The notes beneath the pieces were generated by a model that saw only the letters and a list, made by a program, of their open reading frames with translations, was not told the origin of the DNA and did not search any database. Shown here piece after piece: positions 50,365 through 63,734 of a DNA stretch of 64,000 bases (its first letter is position 1; every line of letters begins with the position of its first letter). The position numbers were made by a program, and so were the translations under genes. The DNA is from Podarcis gaigeae. Its lineage: Eukaryota. The stretch is from assembly GCA_964106915.2 (NCBI GenBank), contig OZ066918.1; one strand, 5' to 3'.

Positions 50365-50915
50365 TATCCCTCCCAGTTTTGTGTCATCTGCAAATTTGAT
50401 ATAGATTCCTTCCACTCCTTCATCTAAGTCAGTGATAAAAAATTGTGAAGAGTACTGGCTTGATGGGGACGCGGGTGGCGCTGTGGGTAAAACCTCAGCA
50501 CCTAGGACTTGCAGATCATATGGTCGGCGGTTTGAATCCCCGCAGTGGGGTGTGCTCCCGTCGCTCGGTCCCAGCGCCTGCCAACCTTGCAGTTCGAAAG
50601 CACCCCCGGGTGCAAGTAGATAAATAGGGACCGCTTACCAGTGGGAAGGTAAACGGCGTTCTGTGTGCTGCGCTGGCTCGCCAGATGCAGCTTGTCACTC
50701 TAGCCACGTGACCCGGAAGTGTCTGCGGACAGCGCTGGCTCCCAGCCTCTAGAGTGAGATGAGCGACTGGCCCGTATGGGCAGGGGTACTTTTACCTTTA
50801 CGTTTTTACTAGCTTGATGTCAGAGCCCTGTGGCACTCCACTCAAAAACACTCTCTAGTTTGATGAGGCATCATTGAACAGTACTCTTTGAGCATGATGG
50901 TTTGCCAACCAGCTG
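50365..50915 (-). mobile_element. CR1 LINE reverse-transcriptase fragment interrupted by a SINE
   Basis: The minus strand of cagttttgtgtcatctgcaaattt encodes KFADDTKL. SGVPQGS-like sequence at ~50820-50842. Confidence 0.75.
50466..50806 (+). mobile_element. Sauria SINE, distinct subfamily
   Basis: Full head gggacgcgggtggcgctgtggg. TSD TACT(G/A)GCTTGATG at 50453-50465 and 50807-50819. Confidence 0.9.
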
Positions 50916-50930
50916 TAATCCATAATCAAA

Positions 50931-51250
50931 TTGTTGGCATCTGTCTGTCCCAAGAGACAATGGAGTGTGCCTCTAGGGGTGAAGTCAAACCACTGTGTTA
51001 GCAGTTCCAAAATGATCTCCCTGGGGCGCTAGCCTGGGCAGTGCATATTGAGATCCTGGGCTGCCCAGACGGCAAGATTTCCTTCTCAGCCTTGCTGATA
51101 TGGTCCAAAGGAAAGCAGAGCATTTTGTTTGGCATCAGCTTGGCTGCAGGAGTTGCCAGAAGGATGTGTACAAGGTGCCATCCTACTATCCTAGGCACTC
51201 CACTCCAGATTTGTTTTGGGGATAGCCTTTTCCTTCCCCTTCCCCTAGGG
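50931..51250 (-). mobile_element. RTE-related non-autonomous retroelement
   Basis: The minus-strand 3' end ggtttgacttcacccc..ctccattgtctc..acagacagatgccaacaa matches the RTE 3' UTR at 1821-1889, but the upstream sequence is not the RTE ORF end. Confidence 0.6.
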
Positions 51251-54200
51251 TCACTGCTTTCAGCTGTGACAGTGCAGCAGCCAGCGGACAGTTCGGTCTT
51301 TGACTCAGTAGTAAAAAAAAAATATACAAGTTTTTCCACCTTGCACTGCATCTTTCATGTGTCGTACCAGACATACTGAAGGAGCACATCCTTCTGGAAA
51401 ACCGTTGAAATACCAGGGGTACAGTAGGAAATAGGAGTCTGTGCTCCCTGAAGTAAGGCACTTAAATTTACCTCATGATTCAATATATCAACATCTAGAA
51501 GATGGGCAGATAGTGACAAATGGTGAAGTACTATCCCCATACAGTCCCATTTGGGTTACTGGTACCCCTGAGCAAGATAAGAGAGGGGCCAGACACCAAT
51601 TCTGTGGCCTTACCTTAGTCACTCAGTTGTCTTTTAGTTCTAGCTTGCACAACACCTTATGGGACTAGGAGATAGTGGGGAGGGTTCTCTTTATTATTTT
51701 AAAATTAGGAAATGTGTTCTTTAAGTCATGTTGTACTGTGGTTTCAGGGGCACAGATGATAACTTGTGTGATATTTTTATAGTAGCTTTTTGTGCTGTCA
51801 CTATAAACTAGATTATTTTTATATCTATCCAATCGTGAGTCTGGAGAAAACCTCTGCAATATTTGCTATAGGTTTCTTATATAAATTGCCTTTTTATTTT
51901 GTTCTGTGAATGGGCAAGAACTGCAGAGTAATCTCGCTGCTGCATGGTTTACTTGGTCTGCTCCCTTGAGGTAAAACTTTGTGTTAGCACAACCTCATTT
52001 CTTTTAAATAATAAACTCATAGCTGAATGTGGTTTGTGGTCTCCAAGCTATCCAATAAAGAACCAATGGTTCTCTTGTCTCCCCCTGAATTTGTTTATAT
52101 CCAAAGATCAGTGGCTGAAAAGGCATTCTAAAGAGGGAATGTTCAAGGTGTAGGGCTGGTTCTGAAAATACAGTTGGTTGAAGCTATTCAGTGCAGCATG
52201 GCATGTGATTATTTTTATTCCTTAGTACTGCGACATTAATAATACCAGTAAACCAGTGTCCAAGAGGCTTCACATTAGATATCACATCACACTGTGATGT
52301 ATTGTATGGGTAGGGAGGGAGAGGTGCACACCAAGAAGTGGGATTAAACAGGACAGAATTAGGGAATGTGGCATATTGGGTTACTTACTACAACCAGTGC
52401 AGAGGGCCAGGTACTGTTTCCACAGCCCGAGATACCGAAGGAGTCTTGCACAATTCAGCTCACTTGAAAATAGAACCTGATAAATTGCTTCTTCCTGGTC
52501 CTCAGAAAGATGTGGGAGATATAAAGCAAGTTATACACCAAAGCTGCCACCAACCCTATTTAGTTTTAGCATTCCTTCAGTACCATAGACAATAGTCCCA
52601 CTTGTGAGTAACTCCAGCCTTGCAATTGTCATGTCATCCTCAAGATCAGTCAATATGGTTCTCCCAGAGAACTATCTCCAGGTTGGGTGCCATATGGGGA
52701 CCTTGGCATTATCAACATCCCGCTCTTAACCAGCTGAACCAAGGATTTTATTTTCATTACTATAACTGAACTGAGCTCAATGTCCTTCCACCCAAAATTC
52801 CAGTCCTAACTACCTGTCTTCACTTTTGGAGCCTAATTTAGGTAGAAATATACATTTTGTTGCTACTGTTTTTAAACTATTGGGAGTCAGAACCCCTTGC
52901 CAATCTACTGAAATCCACCCAGGTATCAACTAGTGGATCCCAGTGGATCTTCTGTCCATCCCCCTGTACTTCCCTAAACAGGGCGGTGCAGAAGACACAC
53001 AAGTTCTGAGCTTCTAACAAAAGCACCTGCTAGCCTCATGCTTATTTCACCTGAAACTGGTTATGGTTTTTGTTGGTGGGGGTTTGATTCTTTAACAGCA
53101 CATGTCTCTGTCATATGCATATTGTTACATTTGTGTGGCTTCCATTGTCATGATGTGTCTTTCAGGGAGAAATGAGTGGCATGTTATCTTGTAGTGTTGC
53201 TTTGCTTTCTAGATATGTGAGGCATCTGTTAAGGTTCCTTTTGTCTATTTCTCTACTCTCTCTTTTTATAAATATGTATATAATGCCAATAAGAAGGGCA
53301 AACCCATTGAAAGGCGTAAGGTGAAGATTAATGCTCGTAAAGCATATTGAACCAGATTAAAATTTACTTAGTTTAATGACTACTTGAAGAGGCCATATCA
53401 TCAGATATTGCAAAAACACATAAAGGAGGTCTATTAATGTCTCTCAATTTGAATTTGCCTCAGAATCTATGGAGTAATTGCTCATCCTGTTTCTGCCAGA
53501 TTAGCATATTTGCATTATAATATTGAAGCTTCTTCCCAGGTGTACATTATCTAATTGAGCTTATCATAAAGATTTTTATTCTGCCCTCTCCAGAATCACC
53601 AATACAAGTATTTAAAAAAAACACTGAACAAGCCTTTCTTTCTTCCCTTTTTTAAAAAAACCAACAATACAAAAGAGCGACAAAGTGCATTTCTTTTTGT
53701 ATATTACTACGCAAGAGTTCCCAAAAGGGAATTTGAACATACAAACCCTGCACAGGTGATTAAATGTGGGAATAGTTGATGTACAGATGGTGAAAGGGAA
53801 TTGGGTTCACTGGTTATATATATTTTTTTAAAAAATGTAAGTTTATGTATAATTTTCATTTATAACAAATAAACCTTTCAACAAAAGAGTTTTTAAACAA
53901 TTCTCTCATCTCAAACCTTGACTCCCTCTTTCACCGGATCCATGAATTTACCCTCTCTTTTTCCTCTTCTGCATATCCCAATTAAATCTATTTATTCTTT
54001 TCCTCATCTATTTCATCGATATTTTGGATTAGAAACTGCAAGTATTTACAATAATCCTGCTAATGTCTTACACTGGTTTCATTCTTGGCCCCTGTGTGTT
54101 GATTAGCTTTTCTAAACAGATCCCTATGTATGTTTAAGTTGCATACACTGTAGGCTTCCTCTGCCTGCTCTCTAAATGTGCAAAGTCTAAGCATGCACTG

Positions 54201-55756
54201 ATCTATATGCATAAAGGTCACAAATGTGGCCAGTATTATCCCCTATAACAAGTCATCGGCACAGGACTCAAAAGTGCATTTTTTTCCCTGATGTTGAAGT
54301 CAAATGCCAGATATGAATAGAGATAACATTGGGAGGGGAACTACAGCTGCAAACCTTTATTAATTTAGTATTACTAAACTGTACAGTTAGACACATGTAT
54401 CTTACAAAAAAACTGGCTAACCAATTTCCAGTATACAAACAAAAAGCCTATATTCCAGTTACTTTCAGTAGCAAAACCCACATTTTTCAAGTTTCTTTCC
54501 CTTTCTTTTTTGTCATAAAAAAATAACACATCTGAAAAAGCGAAAGACAATCAATCAGTTGGTAAGGTTTCATGTTTTAGTTTTCATTGTGATCACGTTT
54601 CCTTTTTGTGTTGAAGAACTGTGGCAAACAGCTCTATAAGTAGGGAAATGTTGTTCAACGGGAAGGATTGCGCAGGGCGTAAGGAATGTGGACATTTTCC
54701 ATCTTACTTCTTTATTGCATGGAGTTGTGAGACTTGCACCAATAAAATAGGTCATTTGAGGGTATAGACTGAACAAAATGCTGACTCCAGGTTTTGGGGT
54801 CTCCTTTGACAAGATGCCCTGAGTGAGCCCCCCTCTGCCCCAATGAGTTGGCCCATCTTTTCTTTGCTGCTGTCCTTACTTCCTATTCAGTTATCTTCCC
54901 TCTTTGGGCTCAATCTGTTCCACTTCCCAGAATACTGCTCTCTCCCCGCAACCTTGTCAAAGCAAAACTGTTGCTCTAGCTCCTCACTTGTGCCGATTAC
55001 TCAGAGAGGGCAGGTGGACAAGCGGTGACTACAAGGAGGGTGAGCTGAGCCAGGAGGCTCAGGGTGTTGATAACAAGCCCCCCTGCCCCTGACATTGGTG
55101 GCTGCAGCAGCCATTTTTCTCCACTAATAAATGAAATACAGTAGGTGGAAATAGAGGAATGCAACTTGTCATTTTAAAAAAGGGGGTACACAACTAATGA
55201 CCTGAACTTTTCCCCACGCTGCCTTCCTGCAGTCTGTCACCCCAGGTACTTTCCTCCCAGCCCACCAGCTTGCTTTTGTAGCCAGACTGGGGGAGAGGGG
55301 GAGGGAAAGAGTTTGGGCAAACGACTGTGGAGCACTCTAGTGTGGGAGTACCAGATGTCCTCTTTGATGTTAAAATCACATCCCTTTACTTGACACATGA
55401 TCTGGGCAGACACCGCTGCATTTTGAAATGCTATACAGTATCTCCGTTCTCTTTAGTGTTCCGTGTACTATTCCTTAATGCTATCTCAAACATGTTAGAA
55501 ACAGTTTGTAGAGTCCTGCCATTTCACCAGAGTGGGAGTTGGGTTTGTTGTGCTAGTTGATCCTTTCCAACTGTGTGGTTTTTATGACTACCACAGTTTA
55601 CTGCATTAAGCCAGACTATTTTCAGGATAAGAAAACACATTAAGATAATTTTGAACTTTAACTGGGATTGCGAAAGGAATCTGGAGAAAATAATATGCCA
55701 TTTGCAGCATCATAATGCACTTAGCTTATCCAAATAAGTGCAGAATTTATCTCTCT

Positions 55757-55758
55757 CT

Positions 55759-55801
<43 letters not shown>

Positions 55802-55820
55802 GGGGGGGGGGGAGGGAGAG
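55757..55820 (+). repeat. Compound (GT)n(GA)n(G)n microsatellite
   Basis: Direct inspection. Confidence 0.93.
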
Positions 55821-56772
55821 AAACAATTGCTGAAACTAGAAAGCATTACAGTATTTGGCACATCAAATGAGCTGGGTCACCATAAATAAGTATTCTTGAC
55901 AGTAGGTTTAAGCAAGTAATAGCCTAATCAAAAGAGAGAGAAAATATTAGGGGTGTGGAGTTGGTCTGTGTTGGCGCTCAATAATGTTAATGAGGTGAAT
56001 CAGGGTGATTTGGGGTGATTTTGCCCCTCCCTGAGTTAAATCATGATGGCAAGAAAGCATCCTAAGTGAACACAATGAAATATTATTATGTTAGTAGTAG
56101 TAACAACAACAACAGACCATACCCCCCAAAAAATATTGTGTGTTTTTCTGTTCTCTCCTCTGTATGCTATAGGTCTCTGTATTTCTATGTCTTTGTGTTT
56201 CCATGGGTTTCACAAGATGTGAGGCTGTCTAAATGCTGCTTGCAGAGGACTGAAGATGGTTTCATTTGCTTGTTTGATAATGCAGAGCAGCAGAGAATTT
56301 TATTTAAGTTATAAGCTGCTGCTTCTTTTTTAATCATCATCCACTGTGCTTGTAAAAAACACCCAAACTTCTGGGGCTGTTCAGCACTCCATAGGCAGTG
56401 TTAAGGACAGTCTCACCTTGTCAAAGCTATTGGAGTAATTTACCTCCCAACACAACCACCAGAAATCTAAGCCAGCCAGTGTAAAGCTGCTCATGTTGCT
56501 GTTGTTTTTAATTACAATTAAGTGAACATACCACAAAGATACTTTAATTTTTTTGGAAAGAGCAAGAGACAGCCTCACCCTCCTTGCCCCTCAGAAATAT
56601 GTAACGGATATGGAAGAGTGGGATATTAGTGAAACAAATATATATATAAGACCACATGAGAACAGGTATCAGTCAGTGATCTGCACATGCAACAAGATGA
56701 CCGCTCAGAGAATATAATTTAATTCCTGAAGTTTTGTGGGGGGTTTTAAAGATACTGGTTTCATAGAGGCAC

Positions 56773-57050
56773 TGGCGGAGGAAAGTGGGTATGGGGTGTG
56801 TGAGGTGCACAGGGTGTCAGCCATGAGGGTGGGCGACATTGCTGCGCCACCCCAACCCCACCTCACACTTGTTGCACGGGCGGCACCCCCAGATGCTTGC
56901 TGTGCAGGCAGCAGGCCGATGCTGCCGTGGGCGGCTAGTGGCACCCCTCCCAATGCCCACTGCGTGGGCAGCAGGCAGCTAGGGACGCTCACCACATGGG
57001 CAGCTAGTGGAGCCCCCCCCCATGCTCGCCCTGCCCCCGCACCACTCTGG
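56773..57050. mobile_element. GC-rich interspersed repeat, possibly a degenerate hAT MITE
   Basis: Abrupt GC-rich block with an internal ~60-bp duplication (gcagcaggc..ggc.gctagtgg). Termini not resolved. Confidence 0.4.
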
Positions 57051-57659
57051 TGTTTGCCTTGTGTTAACATTCCTATAGATGCTTTCCTGTTCTCATCCTA
57101 CAGCTTACATTATTTTATGGACTGTACCTCTCATGTTCATCTTCCTGTGGGGTGTGTTTCATTGATTAGATCCTGTTCAAAGCTTTGCTTTTTGGGGTGC
57201 TGGTACTGGTAAGACCCTTGTCTGTGGTGCTGACAGTCTTAAACTGGAAACCGTAACTCTCAAATAACATAGTCAGGAGACTCTGCCTGCTTATATTTTA
57301 TTATGGTGTTTGTCCTCCTATTAATAGAAAAAGGTTACAGAAACCCTTTTAAGTTTTATGAGTCACCTCTGCGTTAACAAGAGGTCACACGGCAAGGCTG
57401 CTGTTTGCAGATCACCTGTATTTGAAGAGGTGACGTGTTTTTCCTATAAATCATATAGAATAGGGTATTATGAACACCTCGTAAAAATCAAAGAGCTTTG
57501 TGATTGCTCATTGCTACTGCCATACTGAGTTACTAGCTAATTCGGGACAAAATATGTCCCTCTATCTACATAAATAGCAACCATAATGCCAGAATGTGGA
57601 CCCGAAAGGAAGTAGGGCTGATAGTTCAGCATCTCCTCATGCTGTCAATTATCCCAGAC

Positions 57660-57805
57660 GGAAGCTGGTGTAACAATGCTGTCAGGAATTCTGAGCTGGG
57701 AAGTCCTGGTTCAAATCGTACCTCTGCCATGAACTCACCAGGTGGCATAGGTAGGCTGCCATTCTCCCACCACCCACCCCCATCTTTAAAATGGAAAGTA
57801 TAATG
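57660..57805 (+). mobile_element. MIR/CORE-like ancient SINE fragment
   Basis: ctgggaagtcctggttcaaatc..ctctgccatgaactcac...catctttaaaatgg. Confidence 0.55.
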
Positions 57806-58153
57806 TAAATTTGGATTACATTTTGTGCAGATTATATATAATCTGTTACATCTATGATGTGTGGATTAATTTTGGTGTTACAAAACTGCTATCCTTCTTT
57901 TCAAAGCCATTTATTTTTATTTAATTAAGTGCAGTCCTTTTAACAACTGTATAAAAACTAGAGCTACAAAGAATTGGGGGGGGGATGATGAATTCATATT
58001 CCTTTGGGGAGAAGAGAATCAGAGCAATTGCCATATGTTTTTCCCAAGAAAGTCCTGTTCAGATGTGCTTTTTGAATTTTGGGAAATTCAAAATGGCTGC
58101 TTCCTTCACCGTTGTCTGGGACCTGACATTAGGGAGGACATCTTTTGAATATA

Positions 58154-58346
58154 CAGTGGTACCTCAGGTTACAAACATCTCAGGTTACAAACACTTCGGG
58201 TTACAGACTCCACTAACCCGGAAGTAGTACCTTGGGTTAAGACCTTTACCTCAGGATGAGAACAGAAATTGCGCGCCGGCGGCAGCGGGAAGCCCCATTA
58301 GCTAAAGTGGTACCTCAGGTTAAGTTCATAACCAGAGGTACCACTG
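58154..58346 (-). mobile_element. Tigger/TcMar-like MITE (internally deleted)
   Basis: CAGTGGTACCTC...GAGGTACCACTG with TA TSD. Confidence 0.88.
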
Positions 58347-58740
58347 TATGCGGGACAAGGGCACTTTTACAGAATGGGTGGCAGCTGGTATTATTTAAGA
58401 GGTACAATGTTAAATAACTAATCTCCAAAAAAGTAGTCTGCAGTAGGCTTGTTAAAATTATAAACTTACAGTGTTGCATTCTGTGCAACCATGTTTCTAA
58501 ACCACAAATACCAGGGGAAATGTATTTTACATTGTGTGTGTGTGTGTTTGTGTGTGAATACATTATAACCACAAGCAGCCTGCCCAAAGATGTTTTATTT
58601 GAAAGCAGGCTCAAAGGTTCAAAAAGGCATCCTATGCTGTGTTTTTTGAGGTGGATGGGGAGGGGTTGTAATCGGAGACTAGCAGAGCACTCCTCTGCAC
58701 TCCAAGTAGAAGGAAGTCCCTATTAGCTCAGTGGGACTTA

Positions 58741-59096
58741 AGGTAAAGGTAAAGAGACCCCTGACCATTAGGTCCAGTCGTGGCCAACTCTGGGGTTGCG
58801 GCATTCATCTCGCTTTATTGGCCGAGGGAGCCAGCGTACAGCTTCCGGGTCATGTGGCCAGCATGACTAAGCTGCTTCTGGCGAACCAGAGCAGCACACG
58901 GAAACGCCGTTTACCTTCCCGCCAGAGCGGTACCTATTTATCTACTTGCACTTTAACATGCTTTCAAACTGCTAGGTTGGCAGGAGCAGGGACCGAGCAA
59001 CGGGAGCTCACCCCGTCACGGGGATTCAAACCACTGACCTTCTGATTGGCAAGTCCTAGGCTCTGTGGTTTAACCCACAGCGCCACCGTGTCCCTC
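58741..59096 (-). mobile_element. Sauria SINE (Squam1), full length
   Basis: 12-bp TSD CAGTGGGACTTA (58729-58740, 59097-59108). Confidence 0.93.
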
Positions 59097-60996
59097 CAGT
59101 GGGACTTACTTCAGACTAAATGTGCTGATGGGTTTGCAAAACAAATTTCACAAAACACTATATTTAGTTGAAATACTGTTCTTGTAAGTGGCAACAAGAA
59201 ATTTTGGGGTGCAACTGACTTTCTTGAGCAGGGGTATAGTTATATTTATTTATATTTATTGAATTTATATACCGCCCTAATCCCAGAGTTCTCAGGGCAG
59301 TTCACAGAAAAGATCAACAACTCTCTCTCTCTCTCTCTCCACACACACACACACCCACAAAATAAAAACAACAACCCAATAACCCCCCCCCCCCAAAGAA
59401 GAGCCACAACTTTACCTAATTACTATATAAGGATGGTTCCTCATTTCCTTTTCTGTTTCTGCCATAGCAGCAGATATGTAGCAGTGCTTCATGAAACATT
59501 TTTACAGGGAAGACTATCAAATTTATCCCTGAATCTGGCATTCTTGGTTTGGAGAAAGACTTTCCCCTTTGGAGCAATCTCCCCCCCCCCCCCCCCGGCA
59601 ACTTCAGCTTTGTAAATGGATTTGTCAAACTTCACATACTTGTGAGAGAAATTTGAGATACAGCAGGAGGAAAATGAAATTGACTGTAGCCTTGGAAAGT
59701 AATTTCACCATTTAGTTTCCATAAATCAAACATTTAATGTTGCAGTTAACATCTATCTTATTAGTAGATGGATTCACTGCTGATGGATCACTAGAAATAA
59801 ATGCAGATCCTTCCAGAGACCCTTTGAAGAGTTAAATTTTGATTCTATATTTCAAGATAATCGAGGAGGCCAGATTCTGTCCCAGGAGGGAAACCATAAA
59901 GTTACTTTCCCAATTAAAATCCAACTGCATTTGTAGCAGTTGGCTGCCGAATAAGCCGAATGCCATCCAAGCTAAGAGATTATTCTCAGTGGCCATGACT
60001 TGGCAGATATCTGGCCATCTCATTTCTTTCCAGAGTTACATAGGACTCAAATAGGCCAGAGTGGGAATTTTCATACCTGATTTAGTAAACCGATAGTTAA
60101 CAGTTTGACATGATTTCAATTATCAAGTCTCTAGATTCCAGATTTTAATACTTGGCCATAAAGGTAATTTGGAGCTGAAATAAATTTGTTAACCTCTCTG
60201 CCCCAAGACATTAGTGGAATATAAACACAGACGATTAACAGAATGTGTTATTTATGCTCCTGCAACTCTCTGGAAAGACTCTTCGCAAATTCAAGTTCAC
60301 TCTGATGAATTAAATATAGAGGTGCATTCTCCCAATGAAGAATTTCCAGCTTGAGAGCATGGTGCAAATAAAGTTCCTATTCAGGAAAGTATAATAATGT
60401 ATTTTGCAACTAGAGAGATGGGTGTCGAAATATGAATTAATCTTTTCAATGTGTCCTCAAGACATGTGAATTGATCCACAAATTTAATTTGTAGCAAATA
60501 TATATGCATGGCTTCCATTTTAAAAATGGATTTTTATTAGCATCCATATAAACGTTCCACTTCACGACAGCAAAAATAATCATTCCATAGGTATGAAATA
60601 ACCATTGCATACCTCCCAGCCTTTCACTGGCTAAATAGGGGCAGCTAATGCATAAGGGTAGAGGAAAGGGACTATAATTAAGGATAAAATATATGTCCTG
60701 TAGCAGGGACAGCCAAACTGTACAACCAGGTATTTTAAATACAAGAAACAGCCTTTTAATGTATCATCCTCAGTGTTGGCCTCAAAGAGGTGCTTCCAGT
60801 TCACTGCCACTGAGCCATTGGCCCACCCGTCTCCCCTAAAGAAAACTGTCATAGTCACTTTCACATGTGCTTATTCCTGTCTAGATTGCTCAACACTTGA
60901 TTCTATGCTGGAGAATGTGTGAACTTGTTGTAGCAAAAAGCACTATAAGTGAGGTAAGGCAGAGTAAAGTTCTGCCTGTGGCATTTGACCTGTAAT

Positions 60997-61735
60997 TGTG
61001 GTTTGAGGACCCGACCCCCGCAATGTGAAATGAATACACAAGGACACGTGATATAAGGTTAATGGGCAAGAAAAGGCCACAACTTTATTGATTACAGCAG
61101 TGAAAAGGTATTGGCTTAGGCATTGGATGTCTAAAACAAGGGGGTTTATTCACCAGTAGGTGGAGCCTGTTGATGCTAATCCAACTATAGGCTCTCCCCT
61201 TATGTCACCGAGGGTCGTGCCATGGCCTCCCGCCAAGCAGGCATCGGACAGAATACTCAACCACCAGATTCCTTTAACGGAATACCCAAAAATTGAAGGC
61301 ATAGGCGATGGCCACACCTAGCCCTTCTACACACCGCAACACATTATTCCAAAGCCTAACCTACCCACCAATACCACAAAAGTTGTGACGATTGCTACGA
61401 GGTAGGCGAAAAACCAAAAAGCCTAATGCCAAATGGAAAAATTCCTACCAGGCACCCTGGACAAACAGGGCGACCAACCTAAGGTCCATAGCAAGGCCAA
61501 GGAACTAAGACCCTGAGCTCTAAGGGAGTGGAGGGTGGGTGACTCACAACGGGACGACGGAGAGGAGAATGAGGTCGAGGAGGGGCTGGCGCCGCAGTAT
61601 AAAGGCTGCTGATAACGCCCCCTCGGCGGCACCTGGTTGGGTGCCTGCCGGTGGGCGTGGGCGCCAGCCATGTGAGAGGTGGAGGCAGGGGGCAAACGCC
61701 CCCTGCTAGGGGCGGAGCTTGGGCTCCTGCCCACA
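60997..61735 (-). mobile_element. Probable LTR-like repeat, CpG-rich (boundaries and orientation approximate)
   Basis: TG...CA-compatible ends, minus-strand AATAAA near 61085, GC-box-rich segment at 61540-61730, sharp compositional contrast with the flanks. Confidence 0.5.
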
Positions 61736-62003
61736 ACCACTCCCCTCTCTTCCAGGGAGGAGAGTCTTTATCAAGGCAACCCTCTGCCCAGTCATGGTCT
61801 TGCTCTGCCTTCAGTGTTCGGAAGGAATAAGAGTAGGAGTTCTCCCTGCTTTAAATACCCAAAAGATTCCTGCACAGGGAGCGTGTCAATGGATCAACAA
61901 CTTAGCTTACCCAGAGCTGTGTATTGTAGAGCTCTGCCATTAACTTGTAACCAGTAGCCCTTTTGGGGACACAGTCCTGAATAAGTGAACAAAACCTTTA
62001 AAC

Positions 62004-62255
62004 CAGGGGTCAGTAAACTTTTTCAGCAAGGGGCCGGTCCACTGTCCCTCAGACCTTGTAGGGGGGTCAGACTATATTTTGGAGGGGAAAAATGAACAAA
62101 TTCCTATGCTCTACAAATAACCCAGAGATGCATTTTAAATAAAAGGACACATTCTACTCATGTAAAAACACACTGATTCCTGGACTGTCTGCAGGCCAGA
62201 TTTAGAAGGCGATTGGGCTGGATCTGGCCCCCAGGTCTTAGTTTGCCTACCCATG
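62004..62255 (-). mobile_element. hAT-type MITE
   Basis: TIR CAGGGGTCAGTAAACT / AGTTTGCCTACCCATG. Perfect 8-bp TSD CTTTAAAC (61996-62003, 62256-62263). Confidence 0.92.
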
Positions 62256-62483
62256 CTTTAAACCTTCCAACCATTGTAATACTTTGAGTTCTAAGTCTGA
62301 TTGGGAGAGCCAGGACACCTGGGCTGCTACCATTGGGTTGAGTATGCCATTCACTGGTGCTTCACACCCCATATTTGTAGATGTACACCTAAAAATGCAA
62401 GTACAAGCATGTGACAAAATTTCTACTGTTCATGTACTTTTGTCAGGGAATCATGATTTGCTGTAGATCCCTGCTTGATTGTA

Positions 62484-62725
62484 CAGTGGTACCTCGGGTT
62501 AAGTACTTAATTCGTTCTGGAGATCCGTACTTAACCTGAAACTCTTCTTAACCTGAAGCACCAGTATAGCTAATGGGGCCTCCCGCTGCCACCGCATGGC
62601 CAGTGCACGATTTCTGTTTTCATCCTGAAGCAAAGTTCTTAACCTGAAGCACTATTTCTTGGTTAGCGGAGTCTATAACCTGAAGCGTATGTAACCTGAA
62701 GCGTATGTAACCCGAGGTACCACTG
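62484..62725 (+). mobile_element. Tigger/TcMar-like MITE
   Basis: Same TIRs and TA TSD as 6182-6407. Confidence 0.9.
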
Positions 62726-63530
62726 TACAGTCATGGGTAAAGTTATTTTAAATAACTATTAGAGTGGCCCCAACAATAAGCCCAATTTTTGATGTTTACT
62801 TTTATTCTATGGGGGGGGGAATGGTCTTTTTGTATGAAAAAAGGTGGTTTAATTTAGGATTGTGATTAGAATGTTATAGAGACACAAATGATGTACAATG
62901 ACTGGTTTACAAAGCAAGACAGTGTACAGTATTCTAGTCAGGATTTTTGAGAAAGCAGTGGAAAGAGGCAGAACTTTCAATCATTTGGACCATAAGGATT
63001 GCATCCTGCTACCTTGTCTTGTTCTGGGTCAAAGCAAAATGCCAATGTATGAGAAAACAGTTTAATTGCAAACTTTAATAAATATATCTTCACCTCTCTG
63101 TAAGCAAGCGTTCTGCTACATTACCAGCACCTTCCATTTATTTTCAGTAAGATGTGTGTTATATAATCTACTTTCACTTTGCGTGGTTCCTCTGTTGGGT
63201 TCTAGCCATCTAAAATAAATGTCATATTAATGAATCTTGTTCGAATGTAGCATTTCAAGGATATTCCCTCTTGGTATTCCTCATAAAGGCTCCTTTCCAA
63301 GATTTCACTACAAAGGTGTTTCTGAACTGCAGGCTCAGAGCATCTCTACTTTCATAATACTGGAGTATTTTCATTGCTTGAGATAACTAGGATCATACAT
63401 TACAAGTAGTGGTTTCTGCGCTTCCTGCCTCCAGGAAAGACTTTCCACACAGACTTCACATCTGCAAGGGAACCCTTGAGAGCTGGTTCAAAAATGAGCA
63501 CCTGTTTGGCCTGATCCTATACATGTGACC

Positions 63531-63655
63531 CTGGGATAGTCAACGTGGTGCACTCCAGATGTTGTTTCATTACAATTCCCCTCATCCCTCCCTATTGACC
63601 ATTCTGTATGGGACTGATGGGAGTTATAGTCCAACAACATCTGGGCTACCCCTAC
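63531..63655. mobile_element. Palindromic MITE family member, degenerate
   Basis: ctccagatgttg..tacaattccc.tcatccc / gggactgatgggagttatagtccaacaacatctgg. Confidence 0.6.
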
Positions 63656-63734
63656 CATAGTAGAATGAGTTGAAAGGCTCCTGAGGGCATAGAATGGACT
63701 ATACTACTCCAGACTCCACGTGGGGAATGCTATT

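Noticed and set aside
56705-57212. 158-aa and 121-aa overlapping ORFs
   Set aside because: They arise from a GC-rich repeat-like block. No recognisable domain or splice context.
21238-59045. Recurring peptide LLAEGAGVQLPGHVASMTKPLLANQSS.. in several ORFs, suggesting a gene family
   Set aside because: It is the antisense translation of Sauria SINE copies.
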